In this document: in pieces, positions 11,565 to 21,874 of the stretch
How positions within the stretch are numbered: the stretch's first letter is position 1
How the letters are laid out: the number at the start of each line of letters is the position of its first letter
DNA from: Candidatus Kaiserbacteria bacterium
Lineage (GTDB): Bacteria > Patescibacteriota > Minisyncoccia > Phycocordibacterales > UBA918
NCBI GenBank assembly: GCA_016699245.1
Contig: CP064968.1
Span: 640,317-704,316 of the forward strand
Reading direction: 5' to 3'
Length of the DNA: 64,000 bases
Made by a program: the position numbers and the translations under genes
The notes under the pieces: generated by a model
Databases searched by the model: none
What the model was told of the DNA's origin: nothing
The model's input: only the letters and a program-made list of their open reading frames with translations

Positions 11565-11930
11565 TTATTTTGAAACGAGTTTTAATACTTCTGCAACGAC
11601 TTCACTTGGAATGAGTTCTGCCTTAACAAGGTACCCTACTGCCCCCGCAGCGAGTGCCGCTTTTTTGTCTTCTTCCTCACTTTGGTTAGAGAGCATGATA
11701 CACACAGGACTTCCTGCTAACTTATCTTTTTGAATACGTGCGAGCAATTCAGTACCTGTCATTCCGGGCATAACTGAATCGGCAAGAACAACATCATACG
11801 TGTTTTCGTGAAGCATACTAAGTGCAATATCTGCATTTTCAGCACTCTCAATGGTGTATCCTTTCTCGCTAAATTTTGTCGCGTACATATCCCGAAGGAA
11901 TGCATCATCATCTATAAGTAAAATTTTCAT
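11565..11930 (-). CDS. Stand-alone CheY-like response regulator receiver
   Basis: 121 aa. Acidic pocket DD and phospho-acceptor Asp in VVLADSVMPGMTG, with a conserved Lys. Confidence 0.75.
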   Translation of the reverse strand: MKILLIDDDAFLRDMYATKFSEKGYTIESAENADIALSMLHENTYDVVLADSVMPGMTGTELLARIQKDKLAGSPVCIMLSNQSEEEDKKAALAAGAVGYLVKAELIPSEVVAEVLKLVSK

Positions 11931-11947
11931 AATTGTAGTATACGCTG

Positions 11948-13771
11948 TTACACTCCAGTTTTTTCGAGGTTATCGACATCTTCTGATTGATCTTCTTCTT
12001 TGAGTTTTACCTCTTCTCTGGCTGCTTCATCAGACATGAGCATTGAACCCCCCAAAGTACTCACCTCCTCAAATGGAATCATGTGATTTAGCGCCTTAAT
12101 AATAGCGTCCTCTTTCATGCTAATAAAACCGCTTTTGCGGGCTGCTTTCAAAATAGCATCCTCATCTGCACTCTCAAGAATAAGTTTTTCAATTTCATCG
12201 TTCACCGTAATTGCCTCCATTACTGCCACACGACCCTTGGTACCACTTGAACACTCTGCACTCGGTTCAGCAAAAAGCACGTGGTCAGTTTGTGGAATAA
12301 GTGCGCGATACTCGATAGGTAAATCATTAAACTCATCCTCAATCATGCGTACAAGACTACTTTGAAGCATAATTTTCTTTCCGGAATCAGGACAAATACG
12401 ACGCACAAGGCGCTGTGCAAGCGCGAGTTCGAGCGTAGGTGCAATAAGGTACGGATCAACTCCCATGTCAATGAGACGTGGAATCACACCCGCGGCGTTG
12501 TTGGTGTGAATAGTAGAAAGCACCAAGTGTCCCGTAAGCGCAGCTTGTATAGCGAGTTGCGCCGTTTCTTTATCACGAATCTCTCCCACCATGATGACGT
12601 CAGGGTCTTGACGCAGTGCAGTACGAAGACCGTTTGCGAAGGTGTACCCAATTTCCGGACGTACCTGCGACTGACTCACACCGTCCATGTTGTACTCAAC
12701 AGGGTCTTCGAGCGAAATCACGTTCATCCCTACCCTATCTATTTCAGAAAGCATCGCATACAGTGTGGTGGATTTACCCGAGCCTGTCGGACCAGAAATG
12801 AGAATGATGCCGTACGGTTGCTTAATAGCCTTACGAATAAGCTCAATATTATGGGGTGATACTCCTGTTTCTTCGAGAGAACGTACACCAACCTCTGTGT
12901 CCAAAATACGCATTACCACCTTTTCACCATGACTTGTAGGGAGTACTGACACACGGAAATCAATGGGGCGATTGTCGATAGTTGCTGAAAAACGACCGTC
13001 CTGTGGCTTACGTTTTTCATCGAGACGTAGTGAAGTGAGAATCTTGATACGCGCCACTACGGCCTCATGCACTTTTTGTGGCAGTTCCAAACTTCGCACC
13101 AAAACACCATCAACACGAAAGCGAATAATTGTTTTTGTGTCTCGTGGTTCTATGTGAATATCAGATGCGCGCCCATCCACCGCATAGCGCAAAATAGTGG
13201 CGACAATTTTTGTAATTGGTGCATCTTCTTTAATGTGCTCTACCCCTCTTCTTTGTGGGGTGCTCACCATTGACTTTTTATCATCTCCCGATTCCTCTTT
13301 GAGTTCAGTTTCAAGCACGCTCAACGCCTCATCTACTTCTCCCGAAAGATTGGCGTACGAACGAACACCATATTCAAAGTCATGTTCAAGAATGAGCACA
13401 ATTTTATAAGGCATCTGATCCTTTGCAGTAATAAAATTGAGTGCGTCACGAAAAGAGAGGTTCTCAGGATCGGTGATACCCACGATAAGAACATCGTCCT
13501 CAATTTCAATCGGAAGAATGCCGTAGTGGCGAGCAGAATCTTCTGAGAGATACTTGAGCACCGAAGCTTCGATACGTTCACGTTCGGTAATTTCTCGTGT
13601 AGGCAGGTCGAAGTATTCACCAATAGCATTTCGAATGATGTTTGCATCCACTCCTTCTGCAAGGAGCGCTTTTTCATAGGTAGAACCATCCTGAGTTGCA
13701 CGGTCAGAAACACGCGCTTGTAACGTTGCGTCGACAATTCCCTTCTCTGCAAGTAGTGCGAGTAAATTCAT
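11948..13771 (-). CDS. pilB: Type IV pilus assembly ATPase PilB (GspE family)
   Basis: 607 aa. N-terminal GspII_E N-domain, Walker A GPTGSGKSTT and a tetracysteine region. Confidence 0.85.
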   Translation of the reverse strand: MNLLALLAEKGIVDATLQARVSDRATQDGSTYEKALLAEGVDANIIRNAIGEYFDLPTREITERERIEASVLKYLSEDSARHYGILPIEIEDDVLIVGITDPENLSFRDALNFITAKDQMPYKIVLILEHDFEYGVRSYANLSGEVDEALSVLETELKEESGDDKKSMVSTPQRRGVEHIKEDAPITKIVATILRYAVDGRASDIHIEPRDTKTIIRFRVDGVLVRSLELPQKVHEAVVARIKILTSLRLDEKRKPQDGRFSATIDNRPIDFRVSVLPTSHGEKVVMRILDTEVGVRSLEETGVSPHNIELIRKAIKQPYGIILISGPTGSGKSTTLYAMLSEIDRVGMNVISLEDPVEYNMDGVSQSQVRPEIGYTFANGLRTALRQDPDVIMVGEIRDKETAQLAIQAALTGHLVLSTIHTNNAAGVIPRLIDMGVDPYLIAPTLELALAQRLVRRICPDSGKKIMLQSSLVRMIEDEFNDLPIEYRALIPQTDHVLFAEPSAECSSGTKGRVAVMEAITVNDEIEKLILESADEDAILKAARKSGFISMKEDAIIKALNHMIPFEEVSTLGGSMLMSDEAAREEVKLKEEDQSEDVDNLEKTGV

Positions 13772-13794
13772 ACATTCAAAATAATTACCGGCAA

Positions 13795-14094
13795 TTACTC
13801 AACCGGAGCGAATGGATTAGCACGGCCTGTCGAAACGTCTGGGATAGAAACTGTATAATCCACCAAAGTCCTAAACCGCTGATCCTCAAAAATTGACACA
13901 TCAAGTGCATACTCATCAATCTGCCTTGTATCTGCAAGGATTTTTTGAGTACGCACCGATACATCAGTGTCCGACATACCTGCACCATCATCAACGAATT
14001 CTTCATCAGAGCCACTCGTCGCAACGTAATATACCCCGCCAAGAAGCAGTGCAATGCCGAGTGCAACGAAGAGATTTTTGAACAAACTAGACAT
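13795..14094 (-). CDS. Small membrane-anchored pilus accessory protein (PilP-like?)
   Basis: 99 aa with a single N-terminal TM. Located between pilO-like and pilB. Confidence 0.3.
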   Translation of the reverse strand: MSSLFKNLFVALGIALLLGGVYYVATSGSDEEFVDDGAGMSDTDVSVRTQKILADTRQIDEYALDVSIFEDQRFRTLVDYTVSIPDVSTGRANPFAPVE

Positions 14095-14107
14095 ACATCA
14101 CACGTAA

Positions 14108-14674
14108 TTACATTTCTGGTAACGAATAAGCACGCACGGTAACCTCATATTGTTGGAATGGTAAGTCATCTGCATCGAGTGATATTTTAATTACCTCAAA
14201 TAAGGTCATACTCTTTTCTATGTCGAGAAGAAACATCTTAAACTGTTCGTATGTGCCAATAACTGCAAAAGAGATATCTGCAGTTTGTAATTCATCACTC
14301 TTCACGATGACATTTTCTGAGGTGGCATTACTTCGCACGAGGTCCGTGTCTCCACTCTCCACTTGTATGTTCCCAAAAAGTAAGCTGTGACGACGAGAAA
14401 GCGATTCAATATCGACAAGCAATTGTGTTGTATCGATTTCCTCTGGAACAAATCTATCTAGACGTTCGTTTTCTATCGCAGGACGATTTAATTTTGTGGA
14501 AATTTTTGCTTCAAGTTTGCTGGTGAAATTATTGTATTTCAGAACAGCATCTTCGTATTCTGCAATTTCTGCTTGTACAGCAACAATTTCGTCATACTTT
14601 GGATTTACAAAGAACACGAATAAAAGTATGGCAATTATAATTGTAAGAACGGGTGTAAGCGTGCGCAAAATCAT
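14108..14674 (-). CDS. PilO-like pilus assembly protein
   Basis: 188 aa. N-terminal TM then a coiled coil; position after the pilN-like gene. Confidence 0.5.
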   Translation of the reverse strand: MILRTLTPVLTIIIAILLFVFFVNPKYDEIVAVQAEIAEYEDAVLKYNNFTSKLEAKISTKLNRPAIENERLDRFVPEEIDTTQLLVDIESLSRRHSLLFGNIQVESGDTDLVRSNATSENVIVKSDELQTADISFAVIGTYEQFKMFLLDIEKSMTLFEVIKISLDADDLPFQQYEVTVRAYSLPEM

Positions 14675-15426
14675 GGCATTTGATTGTTACTCGTAGCGGT
14701 GCTTGGGGTTACTTTGTCAATGTCAGTTCCATTGTTCGTAGCGGACGCTGTATCAAGAGATGTAAAATTTTGTCGTATAGGTGTAGCACCCGTGTATGCA
14801 ACTTTATCTTTCAAGAAAATACCCACCACTTCAAATCCAACACCCAGGGACTTTTCAGCACCTTTATCTTCTTCTTTTTTAGAGACCTCTTTTGAGTCAT
14901 CAGCATTTGGATTTGCGATTGGCTCCGTAGTAATACCTCTCACTACAAAGTCAGAAAAAGTACTTCCTTTGAGAAGTTCCATCTTTTGCAGTGCCACCGA
15001 AGTGAGTGCTTTCGTATCTCCTCCAAGTGTTACTTCTGCTTCATAACCTGGGTCGTATATATATTCAAACGTTTTAAAGCGAACAGTTTGTTTTGTAATA
15101 TTTTCAATTTCGGCAAGAACTTTTGATGTTGAGAGGTGATTGTTGAGCAAACCATGGGCAATGGTCAATTTTTGGTCATATACCTCAATTTCCTTCATTT
15201 TGCGTTCGTTATCGCTGCCACTCAGCCCATTGAGTTCTGACTGAACACTCTGGAGTTGATTATTGAGATACTGCTTATACACAAAAACACCTACTGCAGA
15301 TATTACAACACCAGACAACATAATAGTACCCAAAAGATTCACAATGCGAATCGTATGCTTCTTTTTAACCTGCATCGGGATGATGCTCGGTGCTTGTCCA
15401 AATGAAGAACGAGGAATATATGCCAT
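14671..15426 (-). CDS. PilN-like pilus assembly protein
   Basis: 251 aa. Single TM then a coiled coil, immediately downstream of pilM. Confidence 0.5.
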   Translation of the reverse strand: MAYIPRSSFGQAPSIIPMQVKKKHTIRIVNLLGTIMLSGVVISAVGVFVYKQYLNNQLQSVQSELNGLSGSDNERKMKEIEVYDQKLTIAHGLLNNHLSTSKVLAEIENITKQTVRFKTFEYIYDPGYEAEVTLGGDTKALTSVALQKMELLKGSTFSDFVVRGITTEPIANPNADDSKEVSKKEEDKGAEKSLGVGFEVVGIFLKDKVAYTGATPIRQNFTSLDTASATNNGTDIDKVTPSTATSNNQMP

Positions 15427-15488
15427 TTGACTTATTATAATGCCTGTAGACTAACTACAACATCTCTCACCTGTGGACAGGGTATTTA

Positions 15489-16583
15489 TTATTCATTTTG
15501 AAATACACGCAACGCTACACCAAGTGCACCTGCAAAGGTAGGTCCCGCATGTCTGAGGGTGTCTTCAAGAAATGCCGGGTAGGACACCTTTGCAAATGGA
15601 TTTGCTAAAATAGTAGGGCGCGAGAACATATCCTGCACATACGTTTGGATTCCTGTAAGTTGAGCGCCACTCCCGCAGAGTACAATTTTTTGTACGGCAA
15701 CCTTATCTTCATCTTCGTAACGCTTAATCACCATATAAATTTCTCGAAGATCACGCTCGAGTGCACTGATGATTGTTTTTTGAATACGGACATCATCTTC
15801 CATTCCCCGTAGACCCACCGCGCGTTTTAAATCTTCTGCTTCTTTAAACTCAATTGCAAGCGTTTTTGCAAGTATACTCGTAATTTCTACACCAGAAAGG
15901 AGGAGGCTGTGCGTCTTCACAAGAACACCCTGTTTTACTATACAAAGTCGTGATGATGTAGCACCAAAATCAATAATGGCAACGACATCATCCGTAGGAG
16001 TGAGTACTGCGCGAATCATGCTAAAAATTTCAATCTCTCGAGCAATTACCTTAAGGCCACATCCTGCCATAATGGACATATACCGTTCCTGTGCTTCGTT
16101 GTAGATTGCAGAGACAAGTACATTAGTGACTCTTTCTTCGGGATGTACTCCGACAGGGAACCAATTTAATTCTACTTTTGTGAGTGATACGGGGATATAT
16201 TTACGAGCTTCCACAGGGACCATTGCGTCGAGTTTTTCTTGTTCCACTGTGGGAACTTGGATTGTCGTGGTGAAACTCGCGTTGTAGGACAACGCGTACA
16301 CAACATCTTTTGCTGTGGTTCCTGCTTCACGAAGTATATCAACAAGTGCCTCCACTATTTTAGGTGCAGGAAGATGTGTCCCTCTGCCGAGGTCGATACC
16401 TTCGTAAGGACCGAGTTGGAGTTCGCCATACGTCTCGAGTGTGGGTAGTCCTTTTACATCCTTAATTTGCACAACCTTAATAGACGATGTACCGATATCA
16501 ATACCAAGCACACCGGAGCGTGTCGCAGCTTTCGCAGTATCCGTTTTGAGAAGTGATGTGAGTGTCGAAAGATCAAATGCCAT
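15489..16583 (-). CDS. pilM: Type IV pilus assembly protein PilM (actin-like ATPase fold)
   Basis: 364 aa. GIDIGTSSIKVVQI is an N-terminal actin/FtsA-like phosphate-1 motif. Confidence 0.8.
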   Translation of the reverse strand: MAFDLSTLTSLLKTDTAKAATRSGVLGIDIGTSSIKVVQIKDVKGLPTLETYGELQLGPYEGIDLGRGTHLPAPKIVEALVDILREAGTTAKDVVYALSYNASFTTTIQVPTVEQEKLDAMVPVEARKYIPVSLTKVELNWFPVGVHPEERVTNVLVSAIYNEAQERYMSIMAGCGLKVIAREIEIFSMIRAVLTPTDDVVAIIDFGATSSRLCIVKQGVLVKTHSLLLSGVEITSILAKTLAIEFKEAEDLKRAVGLRGMEDDVRIQKTIISALERDLREIYMVIKRYEDEDKVAVQKIVLCGSGAQLTGIQTYVQDMFSRPTILANPFAKVSYPAFLEDTLRHAGPTFAGALGVALRVFQNE

Positions 16584-16635
16584 AGGTGCTTTATATAGTT
16601 ACATACATTCTAGCACTTGATGCTAAGATATTCAC

Positions 16636-17247
16636 ATGAAATTTGTTTATAGGTTTTTTTCACACCTATACGATATCGTCTTCCCTCCTTCAAAAGACGC
16701 ACGACTGGTGCAGACACTTGATACTGTGACTATCGGAAAAATATATGTATGCCGTTCTGTAGATGGTGTATACACGCTCAGTGCGTATAGCGACCCGCGT
16801 ATACGCGCACTTGTTCACGAAGCAAAATTCAAGGGGAATGAGCATTCATTTTTACTTTTAGGAACACTCCTGTCACTACATATAGGTAGACTGGAACATA
16901 TTAACTACATCCTCCCTATTCCCCTTTCCAAAAAACGGATGCGAGCGCGCGGATACAATCAGGTAGCAGAAGTGGTGCGTCGTGCAACATGTTCTCCTCA
17001 TACAATAATCCGCACCGATATCCTTGAACGCTCGCGCGACACGCAGCCACAAACAGAGTTACAGCGCGCCGAGCGACTCGTGAATGTCCGCAACGCCTTC
17101 GGCGTCGCGGACGGGAGCGAAATCACCGGAAAACACATCATTATTATTGACGACGTCATGACCACTGGCGCAACACTCCGCGCAGCAAAAGCCACCCTGT
17201 TACAGCACTCCCCCGCCTCCGTGACCTGTGTCGCACTTGCGCACTAG
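16636..17247 (+). CDS. comF: ComF family protein (phosphoribosyltransferase domain; competence-associated)
   Basis: 203 aa. PRTase motif IIIIDDVMTTGATL. The N-terminal zinc finger is absent, so this is the short form. Adjacent to the pilus locus. Confidence 0.7.
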   Translation: MKFVYRFFSHLYDIVFPPSKDARLVQTLDTVTIGKIYVCRSVDGVYTLSAYSDPRIRALVHEAKFKGNEHSFLLLGTLLSLHIGRLEHINYILPIPLSKKRMRARGYNQVAEVVRRATCSPHTIIRTDILERSRDTQPQTELQRAERLVNVRNAFGVADGSEITGKHIIIIDDVMTTGATLRAAKATLLQHSPASVTCVALAH

Positions 17248-17349
17248 GGTACGTGTGCGCCCTATAAAAAAATATGGTATTCTTGCTCGCGTCACAGGCA
17301 TATTTATTTCAGTGACGTGACACGCGTGTACGGTTGAAACAACATATCT

Positions 17350-17438
17350 GGAGAGTTGGCTGAGTGGTCGAAAGCACCTCACTGCTAACGAGGCAGGGTT
17401 TAAACGCCCTCGTGGGTTCAAATCCCACACTCTCCGCA
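17350..17438 (+). tRNA. tRNA-Ser (anticodon GCT), class II with long variable arm
   Basis: Manual fold: 7-bp acceptor GGAGAGT/ACTCTCC, 3-bp D-stem, anticodon loop CTGCTAA, long variable arm, T-loop TTCAAAT, discriminator G. Confidence 0.8.
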
Positions 17439-17563
17439 GTGAATGAAGTGAGCAAGGAGAGCAAACAGTCTGGGAGACTGTTTGGGGATTTGAAGCCATT
17501 CAGAGATATTTTTTGAGTCCTGTGGACGAACAAAAATATCCTGAATGGGTACTGAAACTGTAG

Positions 17564-17586
17564 GTTTCAAATCCCACACTCTCCGC
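17564..17586 (+). repeat. Duplicated tRNA-Ser 3' fragment (T-loop to acceptor 3' strand), 23/24 nt identical
   Basis: ggtttcaaatcccacactctccgc versus the tRNA's gggttcaaatcccacactctccgc. This is an att-like direct repeat. Confidence 0.5.
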
Positions 17587-17752
17587 TCGTAGAAAATACC
17601 ACCGTCAGGTGGTTATTTTCTTGAGCGGTGTGTATTGGACATAGTTTTTGATTTGCTACTGAATCAAAATCAAACAAAATGGTATCATTAATGCTGTTGA
17701 TGGCTTTTATACTCTATGTCTACATGACCCAGTAATAAATAATTTTTTCTCT

Positions 17753-18514
17753 ATGCAAAAATACCTACTTCCCGGAACCCTCGTCGCGTACGCTTGCATG
17801 GTCGTGATGAATTTTTTAGCGAATGGCCTACCCCTCAACAATCGCTCTACAGGCGATATATCTGATGCCTACCCAAATATCTTCGCTCCTGCGGGTCCCG
17901 CCTTTTCTATTTGGGGCTTGATTTACCTTTTGCTCGGTGCGTATATCATCTACCAATTTGTGAAGAAGGATAAAAAAACAGAGGACCTCTTCACAAAAAT
18001 CAATCCACTTTTTATTGCTACTTCACTCGCCAACATCTCCTGGATATTTGCGTGGCACTATGACTTTATTGGTCTTTCAGTGTTTATTATGGCGACACTG
18101 CTTTTTCTCCTCATCAAGATTGCCGACATCCTTCGCGCTGAGCACTTTACCACACCCGAAAAACTTTTTATCTGGGCGCCTTTTAGTATCTACTTTGGCT
18201 GGATTACGGTGGCCTCCATTGCCAACATTACGGTGTTTTTAGTGAGTATTGGCTGGAACGGATTTGGCATTGCCGACTTTATCTGGACAAGCATTATTTT
18301 ACTCGTCGGTGCACTCATTGGAGTACTTCGAATGAATAAAGACAAAAATGTCGCTTACGGCATAGTGCTCGTCTGGGCGTATGCATGGATACTATTTAAA
18401 CATGTCTCTGCAGGTGGTTTTGATGGTCAATACCCGAGCGTTATCGCTACGGCAATTCTATGTTTACTGTTGTTTGTATTTTTTATTGGAAGGATACTGT
18501 ATAAGAAATGCTGA
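17753..18514 (+). CDS. Polytopic membrane protein, TspO/MBR-like (tryptophan-rich)
   Basis: 253 aa, about 6 TM. The YPNIFAPAGPAFSIWGLIYLLLG segment resembles the TspO family. Weak call. Confidence 0.3.
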   Translation: MQKYLLPGTLVAYACMVVMNFLANGLPLNNRSTGDISDAYPNIFAPAGPAFSIWGLIYLLLGAYIIYQFVKKDKKTEDLFTKINPLFIATSLANISWIFAWHYDFIGLSVFIMATLLFLLIKIADILRAEHFTTPEKLFIWAPFSIYFGWITVASIANITVFLVSIGWNGFGIADFIWTSIILLVGALIGVLRMNKDKNVAYGIVLVWAYAWILFKHVSAGGFDGQYPSVIATAILCLLLFVFFIGRILYKKC

Positions 18515-18558
18515 AATATATGCAACCCATTATTGCAATAGAGTATTTACACTAATAT

Positions 18559-19212
18559 ATGAAAATAGTCTCGTTTAATATTGGGAACTTTATATGGATT
18601 ATGTACACAAAAAGAGCGTTGCATTATGCTTTTCAGCGAAAAGATACAAATGCTGTTGTTGCTCTTGTGAAGAATGAAAATGCTGATGTTGTATTCTTGC
18701 AAGAAATCGCAACACATGAAGATGCAGATTTACTTCGTGACCACTTTTCCGTTTTTCCCTATTCATTAAAAATTCAAACCGAGACACACGCACTGTCACT
18801 TTTTTTGAGCAACTATCCAATTACTGAAATACACAGTACGTATAGTAATGATTATGAAATTAATGGCATTACCTTTTTTCCTATACACCTGCACGCCTTT
18901 TCCTCAAAGGTGCGTTCTGTGCAAACGAACCTTCTTCTTCCAGATTTACTAAGAGAAAAAGGAGTTATTCTCGGTGACACAAATTTTTGGATATATAACG
19001 ATTTCTTTTTCTCAAAAAGAGACCGAGCTTCATACAATGAAATTATAAAAAATCATACTGATTGCCTCAAGCATCTTGGTGCAACATGCCGCATACAATT
19101 ATCCTTAGATAAAATATTTATCACGCATGATTTAAAGGAAAAAGATGTCAAAATTGTAAAACATAAAGTTGGTTCGATTGACCATTATTTAATTTCTGCC
19201 ACCATTGAGTGA
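18559..19212 (+). CDS. Endonuclease/exonuclease/phosphatase (EEP) family protein
   Basis: 217 aa. N-terminal IVSFNIGN and VVFLQEI motifs typical of the EEP fold. Confidence 0.65.
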   Translation: MKIVSFNIGNFIWIMYTKRALHYAFQRKDTNAVVALVKNENADVVFLQEIATHEDADLLRDHFSVFPYSLKIQTETHALSLFLSNYPITEIHSTYSNDYEINGITFFPIHLHAFSSKVRSVQTNLLLPDLLREKGVILGDTNFWIYNDFFFSKRDRASYNEIIKNHTDCLKHLGATCRIQLSLDKIFITHDLKEKDVKIVKHKVGSIDHYLISATIE

Positions 19213-19288
19213 GGTGGGTAACACACCATACATATCGTGGTTCTGAATCGCCCCTCCCACTTTCATTTTTTGATATATACTGAAACAC

Positions 19289-20368
19289 ATGCCCCACTCG
19301 CCCATCATTACTCTTGAAGACCTCGGGTATGAGGAGTTTTTTGATACCCATGCACCCATTGATAAAACAGAGGCTGTCATCGCGCGTGTTATTGCGGAGC
19401 ACAAAGAGTCATACACCGTCAAAAGTATTCATGGTGAATACAGTGCGAAAATTACAGGGAAACATGTCTTTACCGCTTTGAAGCGAGCCGATTTCCCTGC
19501 AGTTGGTGATTTTGTCATTATAGAAATACTCGATTCTGAAAAAGCAATGATTCGAGACATTCTTCCTCGAAAAACCGTCCTCAAGAAAAAACACAACGAC
19601 GCCAAAGATACACAGATAATAGGTACCAATATCGACACTGCTTTTATTATTGAGTCACTCGACCGAGACTATAATCTTAATCGCTTTGAACGCTATGTCG
19701 TGCTTGCACGTGAAGGGCACATTACTCCTGTTTTAGTACTCAATAAAAGTGATTTGGTAGAAGAAGACGTATTGCGTGAAAAGATTATGGAAATTCATCA
19801 CCGATTCCCCGATATAGAAGTACTCACCACGAGCACCCGTACCACATCAGGACTTTCCGTGCTCAGAGAGCATATACATACAGGAAAGACGCATTGTTTT
19901 CTTGGCTCATCAGGAGTTGGTAAATCATCACTCATCAATACCCTCTTAGAAGACGACACCATTAAAACAGGTACGATAAGTGACTCCACAAAACGTGGCA
20001 AACACACCACCACTGCTCGTGAAATGTATTTCCTCAAAAATGGCGGTATCGTGATAGATAATCCTGGGACACGCGGAGTGGGAGTAGTGGAGGTTGAGAC
20101 AGGTATCACAGAGACCTTTGATGACATCGTCTCCCTCGGGACCGAATGCAAATTTGCTAACTGCACACATATGCGTGAGCCAGGATGTGCAGTGCAAAGC
20201 GCCATTCAGGAGGGTGAGTTGGATGAGGCACGGTATCAAAATTACTTGAGGCTTTTGAATGAAAACAAATATAACGAAATGAACGACTTAGAAAAGCGCA
20301 GAAAAGATAAGAAATTTGGGAAGTTAATTAAAAAGACGTTACGTGAACTTAAGGAACCAAGCGAATAA
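19289..20368 (+). CDS. rsgA: Ribosome small-subunit-dependent GTPase A
   Basis: 359 aa, circularly permuted GTPase. G4 LNKSDL precedes G1 GSSGVGKSSLIN, and the C-terminus carries a zinc-finger CxxH motif (CKFANCTHMREPGC). Confidence 0.85.
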   Translation: MPHSPIITLEDLGYEEFFDTHAPIDKTEAVIARVIAEHKESYTVKSIHGEYSAKITGKHVFTALKRADFPAVGDFVIIEILDSEKAMIRDILPRKTVLKKKHNDAKDTQIIGTNIDTAFIIESLDRDYNLNRFERYVVLAREGHITPVLVLNKSDLVEEDVLREKIMEIHHRFPDIEVLTTSTRTTSGLSVLREHIHTGKTHCFLGSSGVGKSSLINTLLEDDTIKTGTISDSTKRGKHTTTAREMYFLKNGGIVIDNPGTRGVGVVEVETGITETFDDIVSLGTECKFANCTHMREPGCAVQSAIQEGELDEARYQNYLRLLNENKYNEMNDLEKRRKDKKFGKLIKKTLRELKEPSE

Positions 20369-20370
20369 AA

Positions 20371-20400
20371 CTCCCGCGGCCCTAGGCCGCGGGAGTTTTT
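20371..20400. terminator. Bidirectional rho-independent terminator (ctcccgcggcc...ggccgcgggag + TTTTT) between convergent rsgA and the PAS gene
   Basis: GC-rich palindrome flanked by A and T tracts. Confidence 0.7.
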
Positions 20401-20401
20401 A

Positions 20402-20992
20402 TTATTCATTCCTCTTGTTTCGTTTCATTTCTCGTTCAAGGCGAGCGACCTGCACTTCCAGTTTCCCCGTACGATTGCTATACGCAGAATCAAATTCCTT
20501 TACACGCCCTGCAAGTGACTCTGCAATATCCATGATTCCCGTCACATCTTCAATCGCAAGCAAGATGATGGGAGGAAATTTTTTCGTTGTCGCATCTTCT
20601 TTATAGTACATCTGCCGTGCATTGAGGAGCATCACCTTTCTCCCAATTGCGGGAAAAATGTGTGTGACTTCAAAACCGTTAAAAAAAGTATTGTGTGGAA
20701 GAATCTCTTCAAGCAATTCGCGAAGTGCGGGTATATCCCATTGACCATTTCCGAGTGTATACACCACTTTCCCTTCTGTATCATTTTTTTCGACTTGAAA
20801 CATCCGATAGAAGGGTTCGTTTGCTGCCATCACACAAAAGCGACCATCAAGAATGAGCATCGGCTCTCTCACGACATCAACCACTGTCTTGATATACACC
20901 CAACTTTCATTCCACAATTCACCAAAGAGGTCGTCGGTAAGAATTTTTTCTTGCATCCCCGCTTCTGTCATCGTGTTATTTGATATTGTCAT
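20402..20992 (-). CDS. PAS-domain protein
   Basis: 196 aa. PAS-like core with a C-terminal coiled coil. Confidence 0.4.
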   Translation of the reverse strand: MTISNNTMTEAGMQEKILTDDLFGELWNESWVYIKTVVDVVREPMLILDGRFCVMAANEPFYRMFQVEKNDTEGKVVYTLGNGQWDIPALRELLEEILPHNTFFNGFEVTHIFPAIGRKVMLLNARQMYYKEDATTKKFPPIILLAIEDVTGIMDIAESLAGRVKEFDSAYSNRTGKLEVQVARLEREMKRNKRNE

Positions 20993-21282
20993 ACAATGTT
21001 TTTATACCCTTAAACAATTCTCCTTGTTCTCCTTGTATTTGCTAGCCGTATACACAAGCATATTATTGCAGTCATTCGTAACCTATTCCTCAATGATGGA
21101 AATTATGATATAATCGTGGGTAAGAACAACTTCAAAAAACACCAATCTGTCATACTGGTGTAATCCTCTACGGTACAGACTCTAAGGTTTTACCACTCCA
21201 ATTCAAGCGTTATCCGTCACACACCCACGCGTGTGTAATACCTCTGTAATATGTCTGGTAGCAGTACGGCATACCTTTATAT

Positions 21283-21831
21283 ATGATTTCACAAGCACAC
21301 ATGAAACGACAGCGAATTCTTCTTACCGCTGGGTACGATGATTTTGGTGTGAATCTCAAACGCTACGCACGTTCTCGGACACACAACCTCCCGCTTACCG
21401 ACGACCTCATCCAAGATACCTTCCTCAAAACCTGGAAGTATCTTGTTAAAGGAGGGAAAATAAAAGTAATGGAGGCATTTCACTATCATATTTTAAAGGC
21501 ACTCATTATTGATGAGTATCGAAAGCGTCAAACGACGTCTCTTGATGGGCTCATTGAAAAAGGATTTTCTCCTGGAGTAGACACTACCGATCAAAGTATA
21601 GATATACTCGACGGCACACAGGCAATCGCGCTCATCGATGAACTTCCGCCAATGTATCAAAAGGTGATACGTCTCAGGTACATACAGGATTTATCTATTG
21701 CAGAAATTGCCTTGATTACGGGAAAGACACGCAACACCGTGGCGGTACAGATACACCGCGGACTTGAAAAACTAAAGGTGCTCTATACACAAAATGTGGC
21801 TAAAACACTCGTTCGTAGGCGTACCTTGTAA
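21283..21831 (+). CDS. RNA polymerase ECF-type sigma-70 factor
   Basis: 182 aa. Region 2 (DLIQDTFLKTW) and region 4 HTH (LSIAEIALITGKTRNTVAVQIHRG). Confidence 0.8.
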   Translation: MISQAHMKRQRILLTAGYDDFGVNLKRYARSRTHNLPLTDDLIQDTFLKTWKYLVKGGKIKVMEAFHYHILKALIIDEYRKRQTTSLDGLIEKGFSPGVDTTDQSIDILDGTQAIALIDELPPMYQKVIRLRYIQDLSIAEIALITGKTRNTVAVQIHRGLEKLKVLYTQNVAKTLVRRRTL

Positions 21832-21874
21832 TAATTTGGACAGGTACACGGCATTATAAATAGAACCACTACTC

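Noticed and set aside
12362-12859. 165-aa plus-strand ORF inside pilB
   Set aside because: Antisense to pilB. No motif.
17455-17590. Possible second, intron-containing tRNA ending in the duplicated tRNA-Ser 3' fragment
   Set aside because: No acceptable acceptor pairing (C7:A mismatch) or anticodon stem could be built by hand. It is kept as an att-like fragment pending a covariance-model scan.
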